Origin: Phoronis australis
Taxonomy: Eukaryota; Animalia; Phoronida
Direction of reading: 5' to 3'
Length of the DNA stretch: 64,000 bases
NCBI GenBank assembly: GCA_002633005.1
Contig: NMRA01000039.1
Span: forward strand, 24,871-88,870
In this document: piece by piece, positions 1 to 12,690 of the stretch
Numbering within the stretch: the stretch's first letter is position 1
How the letters are laid out: every line of letters begins with the position of its first letter
Program-made: the position numbers and the translations under genes
The notes under the pieces: generated by a model
What the model was told of the DNA's origin: nothing
Database searches by the model: none
What the model saw: the letters and a program-made list of their open reading frames with translations, nothing else

Positions 1-581
1 TGTGGGAGAAAAAGTTATGTTCTCGCGTCGACGTGAATGGAAGTTGTTCTTCCAAAAAAAAACTTGTACATTTGTTGACGTCACTTCGAAGATGGGTGTT
101 TTTAAGAGGCTCTGGTAGGCCTACTACTTAATCCTGTCTTCACAAATCCATTTTTCTTTTCTCCGTTTTGAGGAAAACTATCTGGTAAACTTTTTGACGA
201 AAAATGTCCGCTAAATTTCTTCCGATGGTAGTGACTGGTGAACTCATGTCCTTACGAGGACCTTCAGCCATAGTCTAGTGAGCGAATTAACCAAATTACT
301 CTTCGGTGGCCCTGATCAGACGGTTGGTCTCAGTATAATGCGCACATTTGGCCAGGATTTGGATCAGCGATTTTAACAAATTCACATTCGTGTACAAATA
401 AATAGGACGCTAGTTAAACCTTTAACATCAATAAAGATTACATTAATACTTCAGAAATGAATACCTGGACCTGTCAAAATCTATCCCGCAATTCAACAGC
501 AGGTTACATACTCAATTATTTATGTCGACTGTATGCCGCACAAAACTTGAACCATCTTAGCCAAGTACGCTGCAGTCTATG
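1..581 (+). mobile_element. THAP-containing DNA-transposon relic (P-like), 5' part outside window; copy of 60909-61725
   Basis: Near-identical to 61150-61725. Encodes a broken THAP C-half W..LCSRVDVNG..(frameshift)NLYIC*RHFEDGCF. Ends ...agtctatg. Confidence 0.6.
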
Positions 582-791
582 ATAATACCAGAATAACGAA
601 AAACCTCGGAAGCAAGGGAAATGAACCCTAAGAGGTAGCAAGCAAGATAAAGGGGGTGGTNAATACCTGGACCTGTCTAAATCTATCCCGCAATTCAACA
701 GCAGGTTACATACTCAATTATTTATGTCGACTGTATGCGGCACAAGACTTGAACCATCTTAGCCAAGTACGCTGCAGTCTATGAAAATACC
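461..791. repeat. Local duplication across a single N (661); probably two alleles or overlapping contigs assembled in tandem
   Basis: aatacctggacctgtc... starts at both 461 and 662, the second immediately after the N; the copy at 61604 has it only once. Confidence 0.7.
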
Positions 792-1288
792 GACAACTAA
801 CCCGAGTTTCAACTTCTTTGCCAACAAACGTACATTGATGACAAAACCATATTTCTTCAACCGGTTTTGTAAAGTCCTACACCACCTCCACATAATATGA
901 ACCAATCCTACTCCAAATGTAACAAAAAGGTCCCGTGCGTAACGGATACTAAGTATGGTCCTTCTGAAGTATTGGATAGGTTCTGCTAACGCAACCTCGC
1001 GAAAAGTCACACAAAAACTCGTGACATGTACCATGTATAAAATCGTTTCATATGCTGTTCGGAAAAGATGCCTTAACATAATTCAAATTCAAATTATCTT
1101 TAAGCACATAAATGTATTTACTTGATTTTTTGATGAAAACATGGATTCAAGATCCTCGTTCCAGTTCGCCATCTCAGATTTTTCCTGGAAAAAAGTCGCT
1201 TGAAAATTTCACTGTTCAAATGCAAACGTAATGTCATTATATTATTTCCCCGTGAAATTTGCTAAAGCTATGTAACCTCATTCACTGT
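792..1288. mobile_element. ~0.5-kb unclassified insertion
   Basis: Present between aatacc and (cc)agaataac here; the sites at 584-597 and ~61728-61741 are empty (aataccagaataac). Confidence 0.6.
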
Positions 1289-1599
1289 CCAGAATAACGA
1301 AAAACCTCGGAAGCAAGGGAAATGAACCCTAAGGGGTAGCAAGCAAGATAAAGGGGGTGGTAGGGACGTGAAGCTGACGTGTGCTAATTTTCAATTTCAT
1401 ACTTTTATGTGGCATTTTCATAATTTTGATTTGACATGTCAACTCAGATCAAACGGTTTGAAAGTTCGGATTTTTAATTTGTAATGAACTTGAGTTGCAC
1501 TGCACATGACCTTACCCTGTGGTTTTTCCGCTTGATCCCAGACCGCCCCGAGTTGCTCCAGCATCCATCTCGGGGCGGTCTCTCACGATGGTTTAGCGT

Positions 1600-2211
1600 T
1601 ATGACTATCGCGGCTGAAGCCCTCAGTTTTGAGGAAGCATTGGAAGACGCCATCTATTTGCGCAGTTTACTGGAAGATTTGTTGGGACTGCCTCCAAAAT
1701 CAATTCCCATTGTCGCATTCGTGGACAGTAAGAGTGTTGTCGAGGACGTTCATTCGACCAAGTTGGTTGACGATAAACGCTTGCGGCTTGACATTAGTGC
1801 GATAAGACAGTCGTTACAAACCAAGGATGTAAACTATATCAAGTGGTGTCCTGGTCATCAGCAGTTAGCGAACTGTATGACGAAGAGTGGTGCTTCGTCT
1901 GTGAACATCCTTAATGCTGTCCAAACCGGACAGTTATAGACTTTGACATTAGTTTAGTTAGTTTTTACTTTAGGTTTTTCTGTTCATATATTTACCCACT
2001 TTTTACTGACATCCTCATCATAAAAAGAAAAAGGAGTGATTGTTGGTGTTAAGCTTTGTATTAGCCGCCAGGCGTCTCTGGTGTTTAACCTCTCCCCACT
2101 GGCTGGAAGAGCGTTCCAGAGCGTCCATGTTGGTGGAGTGTTCACGTTTATTGTGCTGGCGAATATAATCACTTGTTAAGGACATTTGCGTTGTCTTTGA
2201 GCGAACTAACA
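1600..2211 (+). mobile_element. 5'-truncated Ty1/Copia LTR retrotransposon (RNase H end, PPT, 3' LTR), GalEa-like
   Basis: TIAAEALSFEEALEDAIYLR..FVDSKS..DKRLRLDISAIR..IKWCPGHQQLANCMTKSGA is Copia RNase H (ADxxTK -> ANCMTK); stop at 1939; purine tract aaaagaaaaaggag ~2022-2036; LTR TGTTGG...CTAACA 2041-2211. Confidence 0.85.
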
Positions 2212-4433
2212 GACTCTTCAGGAACGGTTCTATTCAATAAGCGATTTCTCAAACAAAATTAGTCAACAACCCGGTCAGTTACACCTGTGGCCCAGGGTGG
2301 ATGCCGACAGTACATTGCCCTCTGGTATCTTTTAAAGTCAAGTCGCAGAACAACATTCGACAACCCACAATTGCATCATATTACGCGCCAGGGGTTTTCA
2401 ACAAGACATTTTTAGGTAAAACTTTACGGAAAATTGACCTAAATGAAAAATGTTAATGTAAATTCTAAACATACGTATACTTGCTTAGCTAAGTGTGTGT
2501 GCAAATATGTGTGTNGCGTGCGCGGGTGCGTGTGTACATGTAAGCGCGTGTGTAAATGATTACTATATCCGTTAATTCAAATTCCAAAAAATGAAAATTT
2601 TATCTTGTAAAAGAAACCAATCCAGCACTCGGTGCCATTTTCTCCTCTCTCGACGGAATGTCTATTTTTTAATGTTTCTACGAAACCCCGCCACAACATC
2701 TGCACGCGTTTAAATTTGTATCATGTATTATTTGTATATATCCTCCAGCTCCAGTGAAAATAAAAAGAACGGGATTTTTCATATTTTTTCCAGCACCACA
2801 TTCAACCATATGCATAAAAGATCAATAAAAAACGCTGTTGGTTATTTTGGATGCAACATCTCCCGTTCGACAAAAAGCGCTGATGATACCAGTTTGTGGG
2901 TTGCAGCAAACATCACTTCCCTACGTTTTGTCTTATACCCAGATCTCCCGCTTTTTGTCCCAAGTCTTACTTTTCAATCCAGTTTTTCCGTTTTTTCGCT
3001 CTTGAACGTTTAGGCTGACCACTATACAAAAGGTGTTCAAAATAACATCGTCCCTTTTATTGTTATTTTCCACAGTCCATTTTCTTTTGTAACGTAACAC
3101 TCGTAAAAATATCTTCCAATGACTCTTGTTTACGATTACTTACTTTCGAGTAGATAGTTTATTGTATTTTTGTGCAATCTGAATTTTGAATGAAGACTAC
3201 AATTGTATCAAAAGGCACCATTATATATAAAGATGCATAATTTTGGATGCCGACGTAAATTTTCCACAGAAAGTGTAAGGGATGCATTGTCCCAAATATT
3301 TGTCTGATATGATAGAACTCTTTTGAATCAATGAAATTATTTCTAATCCCTAATAGCTTAAGTAGTCGTCCATGTAACCTCTCTATTTCATTTTTCTTTT
3401 TACAGTACTATTAAACACCTTTTTGCATTTTGGCAACACTCGTGGTTTTAAGAATTAAAAAATATATTTTAAAACCTGTCACGTATGAGAATGATGATCA
3501 CTTATAAATTTCTGCAACGCTGTTGAAAAACGGGGAGTTGCCAAAAGTTTTAACGACAGTAGATGCCGAAACAAATTCCCATACAGGAACAAACGAATGC
3601 AAACAACTGTCACGCATGCGCAGCGCAAACTCAGCAGAAATTGGAGTTGGCATTCAAGGGCTAGAGTTCGATGCATCCATTGAATAAAGCCTGTCAAACT
3701 AAAACCAGTGACCTATAAAGCTGACTGTTACCAGCAAGTGGCTGGTGATGAGTTCATGCGTGAAACCGTGGTCGACATCGTTTTGATCTGTCCCCCGGTG
3801 AACAGAAGCAGCATCCGAGTTATAATAGTTCTCAGTTGTAATTTTTTATATCAATAGTGATTTTGAGCAAACGGCGCTGAGAAAAATCTTTGGGGTTTAA
3901 TTCACATATAACCAGTTATTACTATTTGCTTCGAGATATTTACATGTAAAATCAGAGCATTCTTCGCAATTCATGAAAGTATACCAAGATTGAGATGTCT
4001 TGGCTCGAATTATGAGTATAGTATTTCTGTTTCACTTTTTACAGTGGCTTTTCTGGGAAGAATCAGCAACGCGAGGACGACCTCGGAACAAAAGTCATAT
4101 TTCAAACAATCAACCGAGTAATACACATTTATTAAGTTACACCGTCTCTCTAAATACAGTAAAATGTTGCATACATCTAGCGATAATTCGGCCATTAATC
4201 CAATCCCCCACCCTTTTTCCACTCGAGGTCAGTAGTCTTCGTGTTGTTTCCACTCGTTTGACAAAACTGGACTCGAAACTTAATATCAACATCGTGAAGT
4301 ACGGAGTAAGCAAAGAAATTGTTCGTTTTCATGTTGAACATGTAGCGGAAACTCGCTAACTGTCTAGGTATAAATATGAGACTTGAAAATCGCATAAAGT
4401 GAACCGCTACCTCTGTTGTTTTGGGTGTGTGTG

Positions 4434-4670
4434 CAGAGGCGGATATACAGGGGGTTTCAGGGGGTTTAACCCCCCCCCTTCGGGACAGGATCAAAAATAA
4501 AAACTGGAAAAAAAATCGCCAGAAAAACGAAATTAGCTACTAAAAATCCCAAAAAATCTTACACGGGAGGAGGGAAACCCTCTCGCGACCTTCCTTGTCC
4601 TCGGCGCCACGCGCCTCGGATTCTCTCGAATCCTAACCCCCCCCTTACTAAAATCGTAGATCTGCCACTG
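4434..4670. mobile_element. GC-rich MITE with CAG(T/A)GGCGGAT-type TIRs, inserted in a GT microsatellite
   Basis: cagaggcggatatac...gtagatctgccactg, flanked by gtgtgtg on both sides; related ends at ~9828-9975, 10963, 12979-13253, ~20860, ~30380, ~48045. Confidence 0.65.
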
Positions 4671-5388
4671 GTGTGTGTTTGTGTGCGAGTGCGTGTGCGT
4701 GCACACGTGTTACTTTGTATTCGTGTGTGGAACTGTGTAAACGCGCGCGCCTCTTCTCCGTATTTAAACGCATATTCTTTAAAAATAGCCGGGAACAGAC
4801 ATACCGATACGATTGTCACATTCATGTAAAGAGTCAGGAAATGCTTGCGTAGGCACTGTTTTGCTATAGCTCGAAGAAAAAGACCTGAACCCGAAAAAAT
4901 TCCTTAAAAAGCAACTGATAGCTTAATGACTTGTGTCAAAGCTCAATATACAAGGTATGATTTGTTTGAACTTGTCACTAAAACTAGTCAGCACCAAAAA
5001 TCATGCAAGTGAGTCATGTCACTACCGCAGTTATTTTGATAATTTTAAGCGAATACTGACTGGGTAAAGAATAAGCAAACATGGGTCCCTAGGACTAGGA
5101 AATACTGCGCTTTGGAAGTATGGGGAAAAGTGATCCTAAGCATTTTGATTGGAACCAAACGCGACGGTCAAATGCAACATGTGTTTTACTGTCTTTGCAT
5201 CTTTTTATTCAGGGCCCCATTGAAAGCAATGAAAACTGATTGGATTTCCCTCGTTGTAAATATCACATAAAATCAATCAAGAAATAACCAATCTCTGTCC
5301 TAGATCAATACAACGCGAAATGAGGTAATAAGGCATTTTTCTTTCCGTAAGCGTTTCATGTTGATTGCCAGTGCGAAAATTTACTCAC

Positions 5389-5592
5389 GTACTGCCCATA
5401 ATGCATCATGCTGAGGTAGTCGTAGGGAACATCGTAAGTGTTGATCACGGTTGTAGTGTACTTGTCAAAATTATACAAAAGAGATGAATATATATTTTCT
5501 TCCAGTATTTTCACGTAGGTGTCACGGTCTGGTCTTGTCTGTTCATGGTAGAAGCCAGCTGCGTGACCAATCTCGTGCAAAATTGTTGCTTT
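5389..5592 (-). CDS. Astacin gene A exon 6 (zinc-binding motif and Met-turn)
   Basis: KATILHEIGHAAGFYHEQTRPDRD...PYDYLSMMHYGQY; ttttcag acceptor, gtgagt donor; 204 nt, phase 0/0. Confidence 0.97.
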
Positions 5593-6895
5593 CTGAAAAT
5601 GTAGGCGTAAATGTACTTTCGTAAACAAGATTTTGCATTACTGAACGCCATATAATAGAATAATGTTCTGTTAACGGTGGAAACATGTTTCATCACTCCA
5701 CAGTTATTAGCTTGAACAATGACATTATTACATTTTCATCGTCGCAAAAAACGAAAATTTGAATTCATTTTAATTAATGGGCAAAATGCACGGTTGTATT
5801 TACAGTCTGACTTCATCCGCATGTTTTTCTTATAAGTCACAAAATTCTTTCTAAAATCCGGTTCATGCAAATTTCATCTTTTGAGAGAAGGCGCTTGATA
5901 TTTCGAGAAAGCTCTTTTTGTGGTGTATTTTTTGAAATTCGTAATAGATTTTAACAGAACCCTACAATTTCCAACTAAAAAGCAAACGTAAGTGCTTAAT
6001 CTGGACGTAAACTAATGTGGAAGAACGTATACGTGTACACGCATTGTAGGGCAGACATAATGAACGAGCATCAACGAGAATACTCACTCCATTCCGCAAA
6101 CGAAATAGGAGTTCGTTGAAGATCATCAATTTCACTTAGTTGGTTCGCGTATAGGCGCAAGCACTTGATTTCGAATATATGCTTAATTTTGAATGTATGG
6201 CCGGTGCCTAAGCGTGGGCATCGCTGACAAGAATATAATGTTGTATGTATCAGTGATGGATTTTTCCATGAAAGGGGTAAAAAGGTAAAGATGTGAGCCC
6301 AAAGTCGGAATATCTGCCATTCGGACTTTCGAACCAACCACCAATTAATTTTTGGAATTTTTGTGCGCTATATGATATGTCTCTATCTAGAAAACATGTT
6401 TTGAGACCAACAACATCGAATAAATGTAGCTTATTAAATAACATGTCGCCTATTCTGACAGTGACCTCCAAAATATCACCCATACTGCTTTGCGTGACCG
6501 GTGGCGCCACCATAGCGACTGCTTTGCGAACTGCAGTCAACAATAAAGTCTATAGAACTGTAGCGCTGAGTTAGAGTTCTATTTTCACCCTAGAGCTGTC
6601 AGAGCATTTTGCGGACACACGTGGCTTGTCTACCTTCTGACCAAATGTCCTATCTTTAGTCGCAAATTCTAGAGCGGTGCATATGATTTTTAAAGCCACG
6701 TACATATAGTGGATCAAGCAGGCCAACGATTTAACACCGACTGTCAACGATTGTGGAGTAGCAGCTACGTGAACCTCATCGTCTGCTATCCAGAGATAGC
6801 CTAACAATAATTGCCTAGCACTTGCTTTAAATCGTTTGCCACTAGAGGCCAGTGAATCCCTTAAACATCTGAACCCTGAACACAGTCAAGTTTAC

Positions 6896-7080
6896 CAAGC
6901 GGCATCCGTCCCCCAGATTGACAGGTTGTTTTCCTCCGACCATGCCAACATAGGATGAACAGCCAGCACCATTTTGTAGGTGCATATAGTTGTTTTGATT
7001 AGTTCTGGGAACTAACTGCAAACACGTGTACTTGTTGTAGTCAGCTATAGATTCAGCGATTACGTTCGTTTCCTCGGTAT
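6896..7080 (-). CDS. Astacin gene A exon 5
   Basis: (N)TEETNVIAESIADYNKYTCLQLVPRTNQNNYMHLQNGAGCSSYVGMVGGKQPVNLGDGCRL, with astacin TC..PR and GCxSxVG motifs; 185 nt, phase 1/0. Not in the ORF track. Confidence 0.96.
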
Positions 7081-7908
7081 CTACAAAGAAGCAGACAAAT
7101 GTTCATTCATATTCAAATCTGCATGGCCTTCCAAGGGAAAAGCCTAGACATTCTCTGTCAGGAATTGTAACAAACATTTTAGGCATATAATATATTATAC
7201 ATGTAAAGTCGCCGATGAAAAGGACGAATTTGTGGAATTGCTAACAAAGAATCCAATTTTTGGACTCATTAAAATTCTGAGCCTACCCCATTGTTCCTTA
7301 ATTTGTTCATAAAAACCGTTTATCATGTTAAACGAGGTATTCGTATTAGATTGTGATAATCAAAAGTTCAATTTCGGACTTTAAACAACTGCTTTTGACA
7401 AATCCATGTTTTTGGAGTGTTGCTGTATTTAATTTTCCAGATTACCGTAAACATTCCCAGGGCCTAGTTACGGTGTATCTAACTTCTCAGTGTTGCGTAG
7501 GGAAAACGTAATTTGGTGCGTTGATCTTCCCAAAATGCTAATAGCATGCTTCATTTTTCCCCATATAGATGTAGAATCGCCTTCAAGTTAGGTATTTTGT
7601 CCCACTGAAGAGACATTACATTATGTATATGGATTCGTTTAATGTATTCTTACGCGTTCTTGTTAATATCAATTGCATTATTAAAAAGTTATCTGAAGAG
7701 AGGACCCCGCTGTTTGGACGAAAGTTATCTGGCATTTCAGTATCACTCTTTGTTTCTAAAATTTTCAATGCTTTCTTTACCTGACAGATATGCGAAGTAA
7801 TAAACGCTTTTTCATGTTGCTTATATTTTTCTTGAGGTGTAACCATACACCTCCAGGAGCCCATGAATAACTTTCTAACGATGTGATTCTTATTCAATAA
7901 AAACTCAC

Positions 7909-8048
7909 TGAATGTTCCAGATGCAATTGTGTATGGTATAATGTTGTTGGTCCACCTAGTACTCAGATCGCGAAGGGCGTTTCTCCTCTGTAGCTCACTT
8001 TCACTTACAATTTCGCGGCGTCTGGCTTCGTCCTTGAATGGAATTCGC
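7909..8048 (-). CDS. Astacin gene A exon 4 (pro-peptide end and mature N-terminus)
   Basis: (E)RIPFKDEARRREIVSESELQRR/NALRDLSTRWTNNIIPYTIASGTF; dibasic activation site, W...IPY motif; 140 nt, phase 2/1. Confidence 0.94.
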
Positions 8049-8555
8049 CTTAAATGGCAATACATAAACGCACGATCAAATATTTTCGAAGGGTTCGACA
8101 AAAAATCGTCACCCTGACTCTGAAGTGCTCTTCCTCCTTTGAATATTAGCAGGATTTCAATTTACTGAATCTCTGCGTTTTCTAGATAGTTTTACATGCC
8201 ACGGAGAGTTACCCTGGCTTGTTTTATTTTCACCAAACTCTAGCTTATTTACAATAGCACAAAGTTTCTCTGCGTCATTACACCAGTCATTTCCGGGTAC
8301 ATGAATTTCTATGTTCTTAGTCGAATGGCCATGGGTATCTGATACACGCGTTGTAGTCAAACATCAACAGCTCCTATCTTCTATTTATCTTTGTTCGTTT
8401 AGGAAGTTGCTGGAATGACAACCGATAAGTCTCAAGTTAAAAATCCTTCCGAGTGCAACGAAGCATTGCTATTTGACAAATGTGCTAATTACTGACCACA
8501 GTACAGTACCAGATAACCATGGTCGTTGTAATCAGGAAGTTGTCAAATATGTTAA

Positions 8556-8900
8556 AGGAGAAAGTAACCCTTTCACGCCGTTTGTAGTACAATACGGTTC
8601 GTTGATTGTCTCAGGCATGTTTTTCAGTTAATAACGGCTTACCGTAATTTAATTAACTTTTCATGTTCTATTCCGGAACTGACGTTTTGGAGTTTAGGAT
8701 TTCCCGAGTCAGTCATTGTTTTACCTCGGTTGTACTTTACGTTTGTTGTCAGTCAATATGCCGCACGGTTGCTACGTACCGGGGTGTACTCATTATCGCC
8801 TCACGCGCACTTTGGTTATGCTATTACGTCGCTTTCCGACGGATGACACACTCTGCAGTACTCCATTCGTTGACGTGCGGAGAACGTGTTACACGTCCAC
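8556..8900 (+). mobile_element. Kolobok-like element 5' end with degenerate THAP start
   Basis: TTAA|AGGAGAAAG terminus; ATG 8758 gives MPHGCYVPGC...RRFPTDDTL. Homologous ends on the minus strand at ~13620-13749 and 63080-63302. Right end not found. Confidence 0.6.
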
Positions 8901-9063
8901 TCAACGTATTGTTATTAATATTATTGTTGTTGTTATTATTAGTTTAGTTTATTTCTTAACAAAATACATAATTACAATAATAAATACAGTAAAAGGTACA
9001 AGGTACAGGAAATTCAAAACATAATTATGTACACTATTTGGGTACCATCCCCAATTTCTGCGG

Positions 9064-9358
9064 TGGTCCACAGTACAAATCAGTAGATAACTACCGAGTG
9101 TGTGGTAAGCAATTTCTGCCTCCGGATTAGCAAAGAGATATGTACTCGGAAGTGGCAAAGGTTTCTGTAAAACAACACCTGAAGAAAGCAACCACACCGT
9201 CGCATTTTGCCGCGAGATCGAAGCCTCGCATGGAACGCCTCTAGCGTCACCTTCTGACGGGTCTTTTCTGACACGTCACGAGTCATCGAAGCGCGTCAGA
9301 GTTGACTCGACATGTATTTCCCAAGTGTGTCAAGTTACCGCCCCATTACTGTGGGACC
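9064..9358. mobile_element. Putative MITE
   Basis: ggtccacagta...tactgtgggacc inverted ends; the internal 9230-9290 segment recurs inverted at ~10530-10590. Confidence 0.4.
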
Positions 9359-11989
9359 AATGAGACGTTGTCATTTGGTCAGCGATGACGTATGCTTCCA
9401 AGTCAGTCAGTTTACGCCCCAACTGTTCCGATATTTGACTAGCCTAAAAGGTCATTATCCACCCCACTTTGCATTTCACGAATAAGGGACAAGTTTACAT
9501 TCACACTCGTATCAAATAAATGAATCATAATCCATGTCTGTGGAATGTAGTGCCCAGTAAAAGTATTACGGTGGCTTCTGCGTTAGAATAGCATGCAACG
9601 TCAAATTGATATAAACGAAAAGCTATCCAAATAAACGAGGCAATGCTGTGAGTGACAAGGACTGGATGACTGTGACCTTGGAGTCACGGTGATTTTCACA
9701 GTGCTGTGCCAACCGCTGCAGGTTTTATTTGCTTGATCACTGAAGATGTACCAGTAGGTATTACAGACTTGCTCAGTGGAGACAGGCTATTGTGAAGGTT
9801 GTGTTTTTATACGAGGCAGTACCAATGACGGATTTAAGGGGGGTGGGGTGGGGCAAGGGGGGCATAGCCCCCCCCCCTAAAATTCTCCATTTGGTAGTAC
9901 GGGGGTGCAAATGTCTGACGGGCTAACACTCCGCCCTGCCTCCCCCCCTAACTCAAAATTCTGGATCTGCTCCTGAGTGCTGGCCATTTTTATATTTTTT
10001 AGTCAAATGCTCACTGAAGACAGGGTATGCTACATGTTTTTTTTGAGAAAGTGGTGGCCTATTATTGTTTAATATTTGAAGTACTAAAAACTAAAACACC
10101 GTAAAACGCATTAAATTGGTCAGTGAAAAAAAGTCTTTTAATATTTTTTTCCGACCACAACATCATTTTAATGCGTTTTACCGTGTTTCTGTTTACTACC
10201 TTAGGTCGGTAATGGCCTTCATACAGGGAAATCTGTGTTTCTTGCATTTCTTAGCCAAGTTCGAGAAGGGATTTGCGAGAACACTTAAACATGTAGCGCG
10301 TTTGAACTTAAAATATTAAGTAGCATGGGCGGATTTACGGGGGTCACCCCCGCCCTCTTGGCCGCACATAAAATGAAACAGCAACTGCGTGAATCGTGAG
10401 GAAATATAGAGTTCAGTAACTAGGACCGTTAGCTGATGACGGGGGCTCAGATCCCAGAGGAATCGTGATTGGTTCTTTTAAGAACATCCACACGAGTTCG
10501 ACAGCATCATTGACGCGTCAGCGTGTCAAAAATGACTCGTCACGTGTCAGAAAAGAGCTGTCACAAGGTCACGCTAGTAGCGTTCCATAGCCTCGCGAGC
10601 TGTCGCCTGTACAGTGACTAGAGGCCCTTCAGCTACTGTCATCCGTGCCTCTGAACGTACATAACCCAGAGACTGTAATTCTGGAAAAAACCGCGCTGGA
10701 TTTACCTCAAGCCCAAAGCCTATACATGTATGTAATTCTGTTGTGAATTGTTAAGTACTTGGATTGAATACACAATTCATCTCCTAGTGTAGAGGGCAGT
10801 TCTTCTTCTATTGATCAGACCCGTGAGTCAATCATTGATAAGTTTATTGTGGACTTGACCCAAGTATTGGAGCTATTAAGCAGGTACCAGGTATGCGACG
10901 AAGGATTAACATGGCGGTATGTAACTGTTTGGGTGCTAAGCTCACCATCCAGTGGTTGTGGGCAGTGGCAGATCTACGTTTTCAGTAAGGGGGGTTAGGA
11001 TTCCCGCAAAGGTCGAATCCTAGGCGCGTGGCGCCGAGCTGGGGGGACATTTTTTTTTTGTTTTTGTAGCCAAATAGTGAAATTTCCATGCACCCTGGTA
11101 CGTTTCTGGCACTTAACGTGTCTCTGGAGTTTTTCCTAAGATAATTAAAAACCCTTCTCGATTTCGTCACATGAACTTGGCTCATAAGTTTCGTGAAACC
11201 ATATTGTGCACATGTGGGTATGAGTCACGCCACCAGCAAAATTTCTTGTTGGAACATTTGCTTACAAACACCTCTTTTAGCATACGAAAAGTCGTATACG
11301 AAAAAGTGTGGTGAATATACAGGGGTTTAGACAACTTCCAAATATTCAAGAGCAGAAGGAGCACCGACGCGGCGTAAAAACTTGAACATCAGATGATCGC
11401 GTAACAGCAGCCTCAAGTTGTTTAAGAAAGAAGACCTGTACTGTTAGTACGGAAATAAACATGGGTTCTGTCTCGTTGCGAGAAAAACTGGCGAACGATG
11501 GTGCTCTCAGCTCATAGTCTATTATTAAAAGCGACAGTAAATAATTAAGTATCACTTTATTAATCTGAATCACGTTGACAACAATTGAAAAACGTCATAT
11601 GTTCCAGGAAACAAATCATCTGAAAACGGTTTCACGAAACCAAAACATCCCGTGCACAGTGGTGAAAAGATGTACTGGACTAGTTTGCAGAGGGACCAGA
11701 TGTACACTGAGAGTACACAAAAAGGCTGACCTGGTCCATCATGAGACCAAGAGTACACCTGTGCATATTATTCCCATAAAAATAGTCGATCTGTCGAGGG
11801 ACGAAACAGTACTGGCTGAGATAAATAGTTTTACAAAGCACACTTTGGTAAAAAAATCACAAGACTAGTTCGCCGAGGGACCAGAAGTACACTGAAACTC
11901 AACATCTACACATGTCAAGTCAACCTGGCCTGGTTCGTCGCGAGACCTAAAGTGTGCTATGCAAAAATTTTGAATTGAGAACTTCTCTC

Positions 11990-12690
11990 TAGACACTTTT
12001 TAATCCCCAGTGGTTACTCATACGTTAGTTCTATCCTTCTGCTGTCTATACTGCAGAGGATTCTGTATATCGGATCCAATGGTTTGCTCTTGGAACCATT
12101 CTACCCAGATATCTTCGATGTTTGTTCCCAACGCTTGCACTTCGTCAACTGCTGTGTCAATGAGCTTGTAAGCCTCTACAATGTCAGCATCTCGTTTTGC
12201 AGCTCAGTTGGCACTAAGACCCTTGAGATTGCTATGTCCATTCAAAAGACTAACATGCGCAACTAAACTTGATCCCTTCATCATGGACTACTTTAAACCA
12301 TGACGATGTATCCAAGGACCTATTTGCATCTCTTGCAATTTTCGAAATAAACGTCCCAATGTCTGAACGCTTGAAACTCGAAGTACTAACATCAAATAAA
12401 TGCCCATGGGCACGAGCGTTTCATCGGGTGGGTCTTTCTGCGGAAGTTCCCAGTTTAGAAAATCCCAGTAGAAAGACGGTAGGTGTTGAGGTCGGAACTA
12501 GGCCTCCTTAGGAGGCCTATTGAACATTGCACGAGTCCTGCAAGACTTTGTTATGAAAGAACAGCCTCCCCGCAATTTCTGGTACCGTACACTATTTGCG
12601 AATGCTGTCACTTTGTGGATGTGAGTCCCTCCTTGGTCATTCCTTGTATAGACATAACTTGTTAGAGTGTATCTTCAAACGGACTCGCGA
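11990..12690 (-). pseudogene. Degenerate hAT transposase fragment (THAP12/PRKRIR- or ZMYM1-like)
   Basis: Manual translation LKGLSAN*AAKRDADIVEAYKLIDTAVDEVQALGTNIEDIWVEWFQE..GSDIQNP..RQQKDRTN resembles the hAT LS.KLQ..D...PR...RQ..R.N region; upstream CRTR resembles C.TRW; stops and frameshifts. Confidence 0.6.

Noticed and set aside
1484-1939. 151-aa host gene
   Set aside because: Chimeric ORF: non-coding repeat sequence fused to a Copia RNase H fragment with the catalytic Asp changed to Asn.
3286-3312. Possible remnant of gene A exon 7 (attgtcc...ctgatat)
   Set aside because: Only two 7-mers match and the translations show no astacin motif.
2723-4825. Short ORFs of 60-120 aa here and throughout the window
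   Set aside because: No domain signatures or splice-consistent structure; expected by chance in intron and repeat DNA.
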